This document shows, piece by piece, positions 1 through 10,938 of a DNA stretch of 64,000 nt. The translations under genes were made by a program, and so were the position numbers. How positions within the stretch are numbered: the stretch's first letter is position 1; the number at the start of each line of letters is the position of its first letter. Below the pieces are notes generated by a model. It did not search any database and was not told the origin of the DNA. It was given only the letters and a program-made list of their open reading frames with translations. Source of the DNA: Pirellulales bacterium (GTDB taxonomy: Bacteria > Planctomycetota > Planctomycetia > Pirellulales > PALSA-1355); the NCBI GenBank assembly GCA_041741015.1, contig JBGSKX010000006.1, forward strand, positions 2,495-66,494, in the 5' to 3' direction.

Positions 1-1329
1 GCACCAGGTGCCGCAACCATAGACTGACGTCCAGCCGTTCGCTTTCCCGGAACAGCACGCTCTCGGAGTTGAACTGATTCGTGGCCCAGCGGATTGCCAG
101 GAGCGCGCAAGCGATGGTCACTGCGATCACCAGCGGTACGTACGGCAACACAGCCAGGTACTCGCCTTCCAGCAGCGAACGCAGTAGCAGCACGACGCCT
201 GTGACCGGAATCAGGCTATTGCCAAAGTTCAGCTCCACGCCGGGCGACATCGGCAGTACCACCAGCGGCATCGTGACCAGCACCAGCGGCATCAGGTAGT
301 ACTGCCCTTCCTTGGTGCTCTTGGCCAACACGGCCAGCGCAAGACAAAGTGCGGAGAACAACGCCGACATCGGCACCAGGGCCACAAAAAGCCACAAGAA
401 CGCGAGCGTCGGCGGCGGACCAAGATTCGGCAGCTGACTCAGCACTAGCGTGCCAGTAATCGCCAGACTGCTTAGGTTCAGCACGGCTGTGGCGATGCTG
501 AAAAGCATGACCGTGAGCAATTTCCCCCACACGATTTCCAGACGTTCGGCCGGACTGCTCAGCAAGGTTTCCAGCGTACCTCGCTCTTTCTCGCCGGCAC
601 ACAGATCGATCGCGGGATAAAAGGCACCCGTCAGTGCCCAGAGGAGCAGCACCAGCGGCAGGATCTTGGACCACGCGGCGGCTCGATGTTGAGACTTTTC
701 GGCCACATCGTGGGTCGCGATCTTAAAAGGTTTCGCCGCGGTAATCGGTAGACCGCGCGATTCCAGGTTCTGCCGACCGAGCTCATCACGCCACTTAAGC
801 AGGACGTCATTCACGCGGCGATAGGCCGTCCGCGACGAATCTCGGGCCAAGTTTGGATAAACGGAAACATCCAACTCTGGCGCGGGCCGTCCGGAAACTT
901 GCCGAAGGGGCTCAATTGCCGCCTTAACGCGTAGTGCAAACTCCGCAGGAAAGCTCACGACTACGTCGTAACCGCCTTCCAGCATCTGTTGCCGAGCCCA
1001 GGCGTCTGCCCCTCGTGACGCGTCTTGAGGGGCCGTCTGGGGCGTGACCTGCAGCAGGTCGGCCGATCGATCGTCGCCGGGCGAGAATAATGTCCCCGAG
1101 AACCGATCGCCGTCAATGAGCGGAGGCAGTTCGCCCGCCGGTGGTGGGTTCACCACGAGAATACGAACCGGATGTTCTCGCAGGAACTGAGTGACCTGAA
1201 AGAAGCTCATGCCCAAAAGCGGATAGAGCACCATTGGGAGAATGGCAATCATGAACAGCGTGCGCCGATCGCGCAATTGGTCGCGAACTTCGCGAGCCAG
1301 GATCAGCTTGACGTTGCGCCAATTCATGG
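1..1329 (-). CDS. ABC-2 / NatB-type transporter permease (partial; the C-terminal end lies beyond the window edge)
   Basis: Missing from the ORF track because no stop codon lies inside the window. My minus-strand translation from the ATG at 1329 reads MNWRNVKLILAREVRDQLRDRRTLFMIAILPMVLYPLLG. A long loop follows, then several hydrophobic spans (ILPLVLLLWALTGAFYP, LLTVMLFSIATAVLNL, FLWLFVALVPMSALFSALCLALAVLA). The gene starts 22 nt after the stop of the upstream ATPase gene. Confidence 0.7.
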
Positions 1330-1351
1330 AGGGTCAATCTGCGAAAGGCCG

Positions 1352-2128
1352 CTAGGCGAACGGCACGCTCGCATGCCGGTGATCATGTTCTTGGATCAGG
1401 AGAAAGAAAAGCTCTTCCAGGTCGGGCTGTTTATGGGTCTCACACAATTCTTCAAGTGTTCCCTCGGAAAGAATATGTCCGCGATGCATGATTGCAATCC
1501 GGTCGCACAGCTTTTCGACTTCCCGCATGATATGCGTGGAAAAGATCACGCATTTGCCCTGGTCACGGAGTTCTGCGATGGACTTGAGTAGGGCCCGGGC
1601 CACGAGGACGTCGAGGCCGCTGGTGGCTTCATCGAAGATCAGTACTGGCGGATCGTGCACGATGGCGCGCGCGATCGAGACTTTCTGCTTCATGCCCGTC
1701 GACATTTTGGCGCCGAGCATGTCGCGAATCTCGTTCATCTGCAGACGGTCGAAAATCTCCTCCATCCGGGAGCGGAGGAAATCACCCTCAAGGCCATATA
1801 GCCGGCCAAAGTATTCGACCATTTCCCACGCGGTCATGCGATCGTAAACGGCCGTGTTGGTGGAGACGAAGCCGATCTGATGGCGGACGTGTGAGGCCTG
1901 GGTGAGCACCTCGTATCCATTGACGCTGGCCGTCCCTCCGGACGGACGGAGAATCGTGCTTAAGATGCGAAGGACGGTAGTTTTCCCGGCGCCGTTGGGC
2001 CCGAGGAGGCCGTAAACCTGGCCCGGCATGGCGTCGAAGCTAACCCCGCCGAGCGCGACGATTTTACCCCGCTTGAGATCAGCGTAGTGCTTAGTGAGGT
2101 GGCGGACGTGGATCATGTGCGGAGCCAA
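1352..2128 (-). CDS. ABC transporter ATP-binding protein (NatA / ABC-2 type)
   Basis: Walker [12 protein letters not shown] signature MSTGMKQK and Walker [13 protein letters not shown]. It lies directly upstream of the permease gene. Confidence 0.92.
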   Translation of the reverse strand: MAPHMIHVRHLTKHYADLKRGKIVALGGVSFDAMPGQVYGLLGPNGAGKTTVLRILSTILRPSGGTASVNGYEVLTQASHVRHQIGFVSTNTAVYDRMTAWEMVEYFGRLYGLEGDFLRSRMEEIFDRLQMNEIRDMLGAKMSTGMKQKVSIARAIVHDPPVLIFDEATSGLDVLVARALLKSIAELRDQGKCVIFSTHIMREVEKLCDRIAIMHRGHILSEGTLEELCETHKQPDLEELFFLLIQEHDHRHASVPFA

Positions 2129-2459
2129 AAGGTCAGGAGGTCACGCATTCGTCCAACCACGCAAATCCCGAATCCAACGCGTTCATTGACAACGGTTTAA
2201 GGCTACCATATCCCCTGCTGAACGCCAGCAAGGTACCAGCGACACCAAGATTCATGAAGGACGGCAGCAATTTAGCTTTGCATCTCGAAGCAGCGAAAAT
2301 TCCCATTGCGCACATGCGCAAAAGACACGGAACTAGGGTTTTTTCCTTTGAAAGCGGTAACGCAAAAGATAATAATCCTACTCAACGTGACGGTGTCGCC
2401 ATCCAGGCCAGTGGCGGTCGGGACTAACCAATTTTCATTTCTTCCGGGAGACTTTGCTA

Positions 2460-3227
2460 ATGAAATGTCAAGCGAAACTCGCTGCGACACTATTGGCGCT
2501 TGCGTGCATTGCCCAAACCACCGCCAACGCCGCGGTGTATGTCGTCGACACATCTCAGAGCTCGATTACGATTACTGGAGCGATCGACCTGGGTTTGGAA
2601 GAGACGATTCCGATCATTCCCCAGTCTCCTGGCAGCAATGTGGTTTCGTTGCAAGGGACGCTGGATGTGGACGACCTGGGTGCCACGCTGCTCTTCAATT
2701 CTGCGGCCATTGATGGGATTGAAAACCCCGGCCCCTTCTCGCCAGGCGTTGTTACTCCCGGTGATCCCCCGGTCGTTGGCCCTCCGGCCCCCGGTGATGC
2801 TGCGTTGTACATTGCGGACCCCTCGTTTGGCTCAATCGTGCTGCGGGATCTTCTGATCTCGATCACGGGCAATGCAGATCCGGGCGCTCCGAACTTTGAT
2901 CTAGCCGATCTTACATTATCGATTTTCGGTAGTGGCGATTATGACATCGCGCTTCTCGGCGAAGTTGGAAACCTGGCGCTTGACGGCGAAAGCGCAACGT
3001 TCCCCGGTGGAACCGGTAGCTTGGTGGGTGACACGCTGACAATTCCGATTTCAATCGACATTGTGCAACAGCTCGAAGTTACCCCGGGCAATTTCGCGGA
3101 CGTGATCGTTTCGCTCCAAGGCCAGCTCGTTGCCAATCTGGTCCCAGAGCCGAGCAGCATCGCGATGCTGGGCCTCGGGGTGATTGGTCTGGTTGCGGTC
3201 GGACGTCGACGCTTCCGCAAGGCCTAA
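2460..3227 (+). CDS. PEP-CTERM sorting-domain secreted protein
   Basis: Signal peptide MKCQAKLAATLLALACIAQTTANA. The C-terminus VPEPSSIAMLGLGVIGLVAVGRRRFRKA is a PEP motif, a TM helix and an Arg cluster. GGGAGA lies 9 nt before the ATG at 2460; the track ORF starts at TTG 2454. Confidence 0.8.
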   Translation: MKCQAKLAATLLALACIAQTTANAAVYVVDTSQSSITITGAIDLGLEETIPIIPQSPGSNVVSLQGTLDVDDLGATLLFNSAAIDGIENPGPFSPGVVTPGDPPVVGPPAPGDAALYIADPSFGSIVLRDLLISITGNADPGAPNFDLADLTLSIFGSGDYDIALLGEVGNLALDGESATFPGGTGSLVGDTLTIPISIDIVQQLEVTPGNFADVIVSLQGQLVANLVPEPSSIAMLGLGVIGLVAVGRRRFRKA

Positions 3228-3257
3228 GAATCCATTTGTTTCGTTAGTTGCTGATCC

Positions 3258-3297
3258 AGCTGGCCTTGCCGCATCCTGTGGGAAGGCCAGCTTTTTT
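3258..3297 (+). terminator. Rho-independent terminator candidate
   Basis: Stem agctggcctt / aaggccagct (10 bp) followed by a T-run, about 30 nt after the stop at 3227. Confidence 0.6.
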
Positions 3298-3797
3298 CTT
3301 GCGCTATCCCGCCAACCGCGGCCTGGCAGGATGAGAGGCCTCGAGCTGGTTGATCCTGCAAAATGAATGGTTGCATCTTTCGGCGAAAGTTTCCTATTTT
3401 GCTTGACGTGCGGTTTGAGCCGATTATCATAAGCCTGCAGAGGAACCGCTTTTGTAATTGCAACTCTATCTTGGTTGGGAACGCTAATGGCTGCGGCCGC
3501 CGAGCTGTCGCTCTTTTCGTAGAGCACAACGCTTAGGCACGATGCAACCTTTCTGACGGCGAACCGATTTCGGTCGCCCGTTCCCTTCGGCGCTATATGT
3601 TGCCCACGGACGAATCCAGCGAGACTGGATCATAGCTTCCTGGCGGATGCAGCTCGATTTCGGACGATTCAGCTAGGCGAGAAATCGTGCGCGTTGGCTT
3701 CCAGCGAAGATTCGCAATCGCGGGCCACAGTCATCGAACATTTCTTGCCATCACGTGCACGCCAACTTCATCCGCTGGAAAGGGAGATACCTGTCTA

Positions 3798-4544
3798 ATG
3801 AAAACTGCATTTCGATCGCTTCTGGGCGCCTTGGCCTTGTGTGTTGGCGCATCTCAGCTTCATGCCGCAACGTACGTCATCGACCAGACGCAAAGCTCGA
3901 TTACGATCACCGGGTCGGCACTCGGAATTATTCCAATCGTACAACAGTCCCCCGGATCGAATGTCGCGGTCATCGCGGGCTCGATCGATGCCACTGCAGG
4001 CGGCGGCTTCCTGACCTTCACCGGTGGCGTTGCTGATGCCGTTGAGAAACCCGGACCCTATCTTCCAGGCCCGATTAGTGGTGACCCTCCGGTTGCCGGC
4101 CCGGCCGCTCCGGCCGATGTGGCACTCTATTTGGGCAACGCCTCGACTGGACGTCTGGCACTACGGGATTTTGCGGTGTCCCTATCGGGATCCGCTCCCT
4201 TGGCCGGAAATGATTTCGATTTGACTGCCCTGACGCTCACGGTCACCTCAGGTGCATTGGACTACCAGGTCAGCTTGCTCGCCCTGGTCGGTCACGAGGA
4301 AATCGCCGGACAGACTGCTAATCCTACCGAGGGGACAGGACTGCTGGTCGGCGGGACGCTGACCATTCCGATCAATGTCAGCATCGCATTTGAAGTCACG
4401 GACGGCGATCCACCGGGCATGGCGGTAGTCAACCTGGTTGGCCAAATCGTCGCCACGATTCCTGAACCCGGCACGATCGCCATGCTCGGCCTCGGTGCAG
4501 TCGGCTTGATCGCAGTCGGCCGCCGCCGCCTCCGCCGGGCTTAG
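3798..4544 (+). CDS. PEP-CTERM sorting-domain secreted protein (paralog of 2460..3227)
   Basis: Signal peptide MKTAFRSLLGALALCVGASQLHA and C-terminus IPEPGTIAMLGLGAVGLIAVGRRRLRRA. It shares YV(V/I)D..QSSITITG, QSPGSN and GDPPV(V/A)GP blocks with the upstream gene. AAGGGAGA precedes the ATG at 3798; the track ORF start at 3687 is probably an over-extension. Confidence 0.8.
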   Translation: MKTAFRSLLGALALCVGASQLHAATYVIDQTQSSITITGSALGIIPIVQQSPGSNVAVIAGSIDATAGGGFLTFTGGVADAVEKPGPYLPGPISGDPPVAGPAAPADVALYLGNASTGRLALRDFAVSLSGSAPLAGNDFDLTALTLTVTSGALDYQVSLLALVGHEEIAGQTANPTEGTGLLVGGTLTIPINVSIAFEVTDGDPPGMAVVNLVGQIVATIPEPGTIAMLGLGAVGLIAVGRRRLRRA

Positions 4545-4610
4545 TGGCTTAGCATCTACAAATGCCACCTGAACGTGGCTGCCGTGCGAAGTTGTCGATG
4601 TGCTCATGCA

Positions 4611-4650
4611 AGGGCTGGTTCCGCTGATCGCGGGGCCAGCCCTTTTTTTC
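4611..4650 (+). terminator. Rho-independent terminator candidate
   Basis: Stem agggctgg / ccagccct followed by T7, downstream of the stop at 4544. Confidence 0.6.
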
Positions 4651-4808
4651 GATGGATTCGTCCGTTCGTCCTCCGGAGGTCGTAGGCTAATCTTTTGAGA
4701 ACCCAGAACGGCATTTTGGCGCGACGCCTCTGCGCTGTCATGGATATTGGTTTCCTGTAGGGCGGCATCCCGTTGCGAAATGTTTCTCGATCTCCAAGGA
4801 GTTTGGCG

Positions 4809-6200
4809 ATGCCATTGCACAGCCGCGACCATGTTTGTGACAAACTTGACGACGATATTTATGCCGCAGGCGATCTGGCTCAGACTGCTCCCAGGTATCG
4901 TTTTCCTGAATTCGAACGCAATCCTGACCACGTGTACGCGGCCGTTCACGACGAACTGATGCTCGACGGCAATTCGCGAATGAACCTGGCAACGTTTTGC
5001 CAGACCTGGGGCGAGCCCCAAGCTCAAAAGCTCCTGGGAGAGTGCTGGGACAAGAACATGGTCGACAAGGATGAGTATCCACAAACGGCCGAACTCGAAC
5101 GCCGTTGCGTGCATATGCTCGCGGAACTCTGGAATTCGCCAGTGTCGGAGAATACCATTGGCTGCTCGACCACCGGTTCCAGCGAGGCGGCGATGCTTGG
5201 CGGCCTGGCCATGAAATGGCGCTGGCGCGAGCGTGGGCGCGCTGCAGGTCGGCCGACCGATCGACCGAACATGGTCTGTGGCCCTGTACAAGTCTGCTGG
5301 CATAAGTTCGCGCGCTATTTCGACGTCGAATTGCGCGAAGTGCCGCTTGGTCCCGGCCGCTGGATGCTGACACCGGAGGAAGTCGTACGACGGTGCGACG
5401 AGAACACAATTGGCGTCGTGCCAACGCTGGGCCTGACCTTCACACTCCAGTACGAGCCAGTATCCGAGATCTGCGCGGCATTGGATCGGTTACAGGTGGA
5501 ACGCGGCTGGGACATCCCCGTGCATGTTGACGGCGCCAGCGGCGGGATGATCGCCCCCTTCATTCACAAAGAAGTGCTCTGGGACTTTCGGCTCCCGCGG
5601 GTGAAGTCGATAAATACCTCGGGACATAAATTCGGCCTCACGCCGTTGGGATGCGGTTGGGTGATCTGGCGAGATCGACAGGAGTTGCCGGAAGATCTAA
5701 TCTTCCGCGTGAACTACTTGGGGGGCGACATGCCGACATTCGCGCTGAATTTCTCACGGCCCGGAGGCCAGATCGTCTGTCAGTATTACAACTTCCTGCG
5801 GCTGGGACGCGAGGGATACCAGCGAGTGCATCAGGCTTGCGCCGATACGGGGGTCTACCTGGCCGCGGAGATTGGCAAGTTGGGGCCGTTTGAGATCGTG
5901 TACGACGGGCGCGGCGGAATTCCCGGCGCGTGCTGGAAGCTGCGCGGCGAGGAGGTGACGAATTTTTCGCTGTATGACTTTGCCGACCGACTGCGCACGC
6001 GTGGCTGGCAGGTCCCGGCCTATTCGCTTCCCCAAGATGAAGAACATACGGTTGTGCAACGCGTGCTCGTTCGGCAGGGCGTCAGTCGCGATCTTGCGCA
6101 ACTTTTACTCGACGACTTCAAAGCCGCACTCGCGTTCTTCGCCAAACATCCGGTCGGCAGTCGTCTGGAGGAAAGCGAAGCCGGGGGCTTTCATCACTAA
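4809..6200 (+). CDS. gad: Glutamate decarboxylase (PLP-dependent, GadA/GadB family)
   Basis: [25 protein letters not shown] and [10 protein letters not shown] (PLP-lysine motif) align with my memory of E. coli GadB. AAGGAG lies 7 nt before the ATG at 4809; the track start is 4773. Confidence 0.88.
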   Translation: MPLHSRDHVCDKLDDDIYAAGDLAQTAPRYRFPEFERNPDHVYAAVHDELMLDGNSRMNLATFCQTWGEPQAQKLLGECWDKNMVDKDEYPQTAELERRCVHMLAELWNSPVSENTIGCSTTGSSEAAMLGGLAMKWRWRERGRAAGRPTDRPNMVCGPVQVCWHKFARYFDVELREVPLGPGRWMLTPEEVVRRCDENTIGVVPTLGLTFTLQYEPVSEICAALDRLQVERGWDIPVHVDGASGGMIAPFIHKEVLWDFRLPRVKSINTSGHKFGLTPLGCGWVIWRDRQELPEDLIFRVNYLGGDMPTFALNFSRPGGQIVCQYYNFLRLGREGYQRVHQACADTGVYLAAEIGKLGPFEIVYDGRGGIPGACWKLRGEEVTNFSLYDFADRLRTRGWQVPAYSLPQDEEHTVVQRVLVRQGVSRDLAQLLLDDFKAALAFFAKHPVGSRLEESEAGGFHH

Positions 6201-6229
6201 TAGGATTGCGAGCTCAGCGACGCGGATCC

Positions 6230-7324
6230 TTAGGCGACGGCCGGTTCCAGTGGGGCTTCATCGATGAGCTCGTAGAATACGTTGCGCCGTCGTGGCGTGT
6301 ATCCAAGCTCTCGGATGGCATCCTTCATCTCTTCGAGCGTCAGGTAATGGACCGTGCCGGCGGCTGCCACGACGTTCTCCTCGATCATCAGGCTGCCCAT
6401 GTCGTTGGCCCCGTAGAGTAACGCAATCTGACCGATTTTCAGTCCCTGGGTCACCCAACTCGACTGGATGTTGGCGAAGTTGTCGAGATATAGTCGGCTC
6501 ACGGCCTGGGTTTTCAGGTACTCGAACGAGCCGGCCGGCGCCACGTCGGCCATGTTGTGCCCCGGCTGGAAGGTCCAGCAGATATAGGCGGTGAAGCCGC
6601 CGGTCTCGTCCTGCAGCTGCCTGAGTCGCTCTAGATGCTCGACCCGTTCGGCCAACGTTTCCACGTGCCCAAACATCATCGTCGCCGTGCTGCGGCCGCC
6701 CATTTCGTGCCACACGCGATTAACGTTGAGCCAGTCGTCGGTCAGCACTTTGCCGCGTGTAATGTCCTTCCGCACGCGGTCGACGAGAATCTCGGCACCA
6801 CCGCCCGGAATGCTTCCCAGTCCGGCCGCTTTGAGTCGTTCGAGGACCTCCCGCAGCGGCCGTTTTGAGAGCTTCGTGAAGAAGTGGATCTCCGGCGGGC
6901 TGAAGCCATGCACGTTGACCTGTGGAAAATGCGACTTGATGTCGCGCAACAGATCCTCGTACCACTCGAGTTCCAGGTCAGGATGCAAGCCGCCTTGCAT
7001 CAAAATTTGATCGCCGCCGAGGTCGACGGTCTCCTGAATCTTTTGCAGTAACACGTCGCGTTCGAGGATGTAGCCTTCCTCGTGCTTCGGCTTGCGATAG
7101 AACGCGCAGAAATCGCAGACTGCCGCGCAGACGTTGGTGTAATTGATGTTTCGATCAATGTTGTACGTCCGGTATGACTCGGGATGCAGGCGGCGCGTCA
7201 CCGCGTCAGCGGCCCGCCCCAGCGCCGCCAGGTCGTGGCACTCCAGCAGGCGCAGTCCCTCGTCCGGCGTCAATCGGCCGCCGTCCGCGGCTTTATCCAG
7301 AAGCTTGGCAATCGTTGAATCCAA
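6230..7324 (-). CDS. mqnE: Radical SAM futalosine-pathway enzyme of the MqnE/MqnC/CofH family; probably aminodeoxyfutalosine synthase MqnE
   Basis: NINYTNVCAAVCDFCAFY is a CxxxCxxC radical SAM cluster motif. MMFGHVET, QDETGGFTA, SWVTQG and MIEENVVAAAG are also present. It lies next to mqnA. The MqnE-versus-MqnC choice comes from remembered motifs only. Confidence 0.75.
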   Translation of the reverse strand: MDSTIAKLLDKAADGGRLTPDEGLRLLECHDLAALGRAADAVTRRLHPESYRTYNIDRNINYTNVCAAVCDFCAFYRKPKHEEGYILERDVLLQKIQETVDLGGDQILMQGGLHPDLELEWYEDLLRDIKSHFPQVNVHGFSPPEIHFFTKLSKRPLREVLERLKAAGLGSIPGGGAEILVDRVRKDITRGKVLTDDWLNVNRVWHEMGGRSTATMMFGHVETLAERVEHLERLRQLQDETGGFTAYICWTFQPGHNMADVAPAGSFEYLKTQAVSRLYLDNFANIQSSWVTQGLKIGQIALLYGANDMGSLMIEENVVAAAGTVHYLTLEEMKDAIRELGYTPRRRNVFYELIDEAPLEPAVA

Positions 7325-8126
7325 AGTCGACTCCGGCGGGCGCCAGGCCCAGTTCAGCGGCTTTCTGATAATAGAGTGCCAGTCCGCGATGTTCGCGCTG
7401 GCCGAAGTAAAAATACAGGTTATCGCGCAGGTAACTCAAACACTGCGGCCGAGTCAGGCCAAGTGGAGCCGCTTGGCGCGCGGCGATCTCGTCCAGATGA
7501 GCGACCCCAGCATCGCGAGCCTGGCTGAGGGCGGTGTCCAATCCGTCGAGTTCCGCACCGGCGCGGGCGACCCACATCGCAAACACGAACGGCAATTCCG
7601 CCCAGCGGCACCATTCATCTCCCAAGTCCCAGACGACCTCGAACTGTCCCGGCGGCGAATGGATCGCACGGTCGCCAATGAGCAGTACGGCATCGGCCGA
7701 AGTGTCGGAGATGCTTTTCTCGACGGGCAGTCGCTCAAATCGAGGCTCGAGGCCGTACCGCTCTTTAAGCAGGATTCGCGTGAGCGCGGCGCTTGTGCGA
7801 GAGCCCTCATCCAACGCAAGCGTGCGAATGTGCTCAATCGGACCCCGGCTGAACAGCTTCACCGAAAGCACCGGTCCCCGGCAGCCGATGCAGGCATCGG
7901 AGACGATCGTGTAGGTAGGATCCTGAAAGAATTCGATCGATGGGATCAGGGCGATGTCGAGTGTTCCAGCCGCCAGATGGTCGGCCAGACGGCTCGGGTA
8001 GTCGAACACCAATTTCGCCCGAGGCGCAAGACGTTCGAAGTCGTATACAAGTGGCTTCGTGTTCAGGTAGTTGACCGCGCCAACTCGAAGTTTCTTACCC
8101 GTGGCCATGGGATCCGTTTCAGGCAC
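7293..8126 (-). CDS. mqnA: Chorismate dehydratase MqnA (futalosine pathway, periplasmic-binding-protein fold)
   Basis: The N-terminus KLRVGAVNYLNTKPL is typical of MqnA. An alternative start is Met7 at 8108. The 3' end overlaps the downstream mqnE start by 32 nt. Confidence 0.8.
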   Translation of the reverse strand: MPETDPMATGKKLRVGAVNYLNTKPLVYDFERLAPRAKLVFDYPSRLADHLAAGTLDIALIPSIEFFQDPTYTIVSDACIGCRGPVLSVKLFSRGPIEHIRTLALDEGSRTSAALTRILLKERYGLEPRFERLPVEKSISDTSADAVLLIGDRAIHSPPGQFEVVWDLGDEWCRWAELPFVFAMWVARAGAELDGLDTALSQARDAGVAHLDEIAARQAAPLGLTRPQCLSYLRDNLYFYFGQREHRGLALYYQKAAELGLAPAGVDFGFNDCQASG

Positions 8127-8325
8127 CTCTCGGCAGTGCTCCCGAACACCTGTGGCGTCGGGTGCTTGTGAATCTTTTCACGAAACGTCATTATAAAGAC
8201 CGCATTCGGGGCGCTAAGACCACACAAATAGCCACCCGAACTCCTGCACGGTCGCTTCATTACCAGGGCCCACGGCCTGCCCAAACGTTCCAAACGAGTC
8301 CAGGATAGCGCCACTAGAGCATATT

Positions 8326-9039
8326 TTGATGAAAACGATCGTTCAGATTTCGCTTGATGTTACGACGAAGGAAGAAGCATTAGAAACAGCCGAAATGGCC
8401 ATGCGGGCCGGCGTCGACTGGCTTGAGGCGGGCACACCGCTGATCATCGCCGAAGGCATGCACGGAGTCCGTGCGCTCCGCGAGCGGTTCCCCAAGACTC
8501 CCATTGTCGCCGACCTAAAGACTATGGATGGCGGGTACCTAGAAGCCGAGATGATGGCCAAAGCAGGTGCCACGCACGTCGTGGTGATGGCCCGCGCCCA
8601 TGCAGAAACGATCAAATGCGTGGTCAAAGCCGGCCGTGACTTTGGTGTCCAGGTGATGGGCGACAACATGGTCTGCGAGAGCATGGTCGACGGGGCAAAG
8701 TTCCTGGAGGATCTCGGTTGCGACTTTGTCATTCACCACATCGGCTTTGACGAACGGCGCGGTATTGCAGCCCAGGGCCTGCGAATGCCCAGCCCGCTCG
8801 ATCAATTGCGGGCAGTCGTCGAGGCGGTCAACATCCCGGTGCAGGCTGTCGGCGGCCTGAGCCTGGAGCAGGCGGTGCAGACGCCCGAGTATGGCGCGCC
8901 ACTCGTCGTGCTCGGCGCGCCGTTGACGATCGATGCCGACGCCTTCAAGACGGCCAGCGGCGATGTTGAGTCCTCGTTGCGGCTGATCTGCGAAAAAGTC
9001 CATAGCTATGGCGATATCCCGGTAGGAAAGAAATCATGA
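8326..9039 (+). CDS. 3-hexulose-6-phosphate synthase / 3-keto-L-gulonate-6-P decarboxylase family protein (OMP-decarboxylase fold)
   Basis: VQISLDV, LEAGTPLIIAEG and ADLKTMDGGYLEAEM match the HPS/KGPDC core motifs as I remember them. Confidence 0.75.
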   Translation: MMKTIVQISLDVTTKEEALETAEMAMRAGVDWLEAGTPLIIAEGMHGVRALRERFPKTPIVADLKTMDGGYLEAEMMAKAGATHVVVMARAHAETIKCVVKAGRDFGVQVMGDNMVCESMVDGAKFLEDLGCDFVIHHIGFDERRGIAAQGLRMPSPLDQLRAVVEAVNIPVQAVGGLSLEQAVQTPEYGAPLVVLGAPLTIDADAFKTASGDVESSLRLICEKVHSYGDIPVGKKS

Positions 9040-10058
9040 AGTCTGCAGGTGTAGTCAATTTCGGGCCCGAGCAGTTCAGTGTCGAGATTCGCGAAATCGA
9101 GCGGCCAGAGATTGGTCCGGACGACGTGCTGCTCGAAGTCGGCGCGGTGGGCGTTTGCGGTAGCGATCTGCATCAGTGGACGGCCGAGCACAGTTGGCCG
9201 GTAAATTATCCGGTCGTGCTAGGACACGAGTTCGCCGGCGCTGTCGTCGAGCTGGGAAAGAACGTCAAGGGCTGGCGCGAAGGCGATCGCGGCGTCAGCG
9301 AGACGGCGGCGGTCATCGATCTGGACAGCCCGCTCACGAAGCAAGGGTTGTACAACCTGGATCCCACGCGAAAGGGCTTTGGCTACGGCGTTAACGGCGC
9401 GATGACCAAGTATGTCCGCGTGCCGGTCCGCTGCTTACATCACTTGCCGGACTCGCTGCCGATCGAGAAAGCCGGACTCACCGAACCCTGCTGCGTTGCC
9501 TACAACGCCGTCGCGGTAAACTCAAACGTGAAGCCTGGCGACCGCGTCGTCGTGCTGGGGCCTGGCCCCATCGGACTGCTTTGTGCGGCGATTGCTCGAA
9601 TGCAGGGGGCGGAAGTCGCGGTGGTGGGACTGGAACGCGATCGGCCTCGTCTGGCGATTGGCGAGCTGTTTGGCTGCGTGTCGATCGTCGAAGGTCTCGA
9701 CGCCTGGGCAAAGGCAACCGACGGGCTGGGCGTCGACGGCGTGATCGATGCAGCCGGTATTTCGGCCACGCTCAAGACGGCGCTCGACATCGTCCGGCCA
9801 GCCGGCTGGGTTACGAAGGTCGGGTGGGGAAAGCTCCCTTACGGTCACTCGCTTGATCCGCTGGTGCAGAAAAACGTCACGCTCCGCGGCAGCTATAGCC
9901 ACAACTGGCCAATCTGGGAGCGCGTCATCCGCCTGCTCGACACCGGCGCCCTCGACGTGCAGAAGGTCATCGGCGGTATCTGGCCGCTCGAAGAGTGGCA
10001 CGAGGCTTTCGAGACCATGCACTCGGGCAGGATCGTCAAGGCCGTGCTCAAGCCGTAA
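9036..10058 (+). CDS. Zn-dependent medium-chain alcohol / polyol dehydrogenase
   Basis: GVCGSDLH, GHEFAG and the GPGPIGL Rossmann motif. The start overlaps the upstream stop by 4 nt. Confidence 0.85.
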   Translation: MKSAGVVNFGPEQFSVEIREIERPEIGPDDVLLEVGAVGVCGSDLHQWTAEHSWPVNYPVVLGHEFAGAVVELGKNVKGWREGDRGVSETAAVIDLDSPLTKQGLYNLDPTRKGFGYGVNGAMTKYVRVPVRCLHHLPDSLPIEKAGLTEPCCVAYNAVAVNSNVKPGDRVVVLGPGPIGLLCAAIARMQGAEVAVVGLERDRPRLAIGELFGCVSIVEGLDAWAKATDGLGVDGVIDAAGISATLKTALDIVRPAGWVTKVGWGKLPYGHSLDPLVQKNVTLRGSYSHNWPIWERVIRLLDTGALDVQKVIGGIWPLEEWHEAFETMHSGRIVKAVLKP

Positions 10059-10070
10059 GCGACTGGGATC

Positions 10071-10847
10071 ATGCGCCTCAACGACAGAGTCATCCTGGTT
10101 ACCGGCAGCACCACCGGCATTGGCGAATCGATCGCCCGGTGCGCGGTGGCCGAGGGTGCTCGCGTCCTGATTCATGGCCGCGATGAGGAGCGGGGCAGGG
10201 CGTTGGTCGCGGAGTTGGGTGATCAAACGGCGTTCCACCGGGACGACATCGCCGATCCGGCTGCGCCTGCGCGCATGATTTCGGCCGCCATCAAGGCCTT
10301 CGGCCGGCTCGATGCGCTCGTGAATAACGCCGCTTCAGTGCAGCGCAGCAATCTCGACACGACGACCGTCGACTTCTTCGACAAGATGATCGCGATAAAC
10401 GTTCGAGCGCCGCTGCTCTTGATCCAGGCGGCCGCCCAGCACTTGAAAGCCACGCGTGGGGCCGTGCTCAACATCGGTTCGCTCAATGGATATTGCGGAG
10501 AGCGAAATCTGCTCGCCTATTCGATCTCAAAGGGCGGGCTCATGACTCTCTCGCGGAACCTGGGCGACGCGCTGGCCTTCGAAGGCGTTCGTGTGAACCA
10601 CTTCAACGTGGGATGGGTGCTCACGCCGAACGAGTACGAACAAAAGATCGCAGACGGCTTGCCGCCCGATTGGCCCGAGCGGGTACCGCGCACCAAAGCG
10701 CCTGCCGGCCGGCTGCTGAAGCCCGAGGAGATTGCCGCGGCGGCGGTCTATTGGATCAGCGACGAAAGCTACCCGATCAGTGGCAGCGTGATTGACCTGG
10801 AGCAACATCCCGTGATCGGTCGCAATCCGCCCAAGGAAGTCAACTAA
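10071..10847 (+). CDS. Short-chain dehydrogenase/reductase (SDR)
   Basis: VTGSTTGIG cofactor motif, NNAA, and YSISKGG (YxxxK). Confidence 0.85.
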   Translation: MRLNDRVILVTGSTTGIGESIARCAVAEGARVLIHGRDEERGRALVAELGDQTAFHRDDIADPAAPARMISAAIKAFGRLDALVNNAASVQRSNLDTTTVDFFDKMIAINVRAPLLLIQAAAQHLKATRGAVLNIGSLNGYCGERNLLAYSISKGGLMTLSRNLGDALAFEGVRVNHFNVGWVLTPNEYEQKIADGLPPDWPERVPRTKAPAGRLLKPEEIAAAAVYWISDESYPISGSVIDLEQHPVIGRNPPKEVN

Positions 10848-10938
10848 GCAGGGGTTAGGGTTGAGGAGTGGGGATCGAGGCTCCACATCCGGTCTGCATC
10901 TGATCCCTGGTCCCCAATCTCTAACCCCTACTCTTCTC

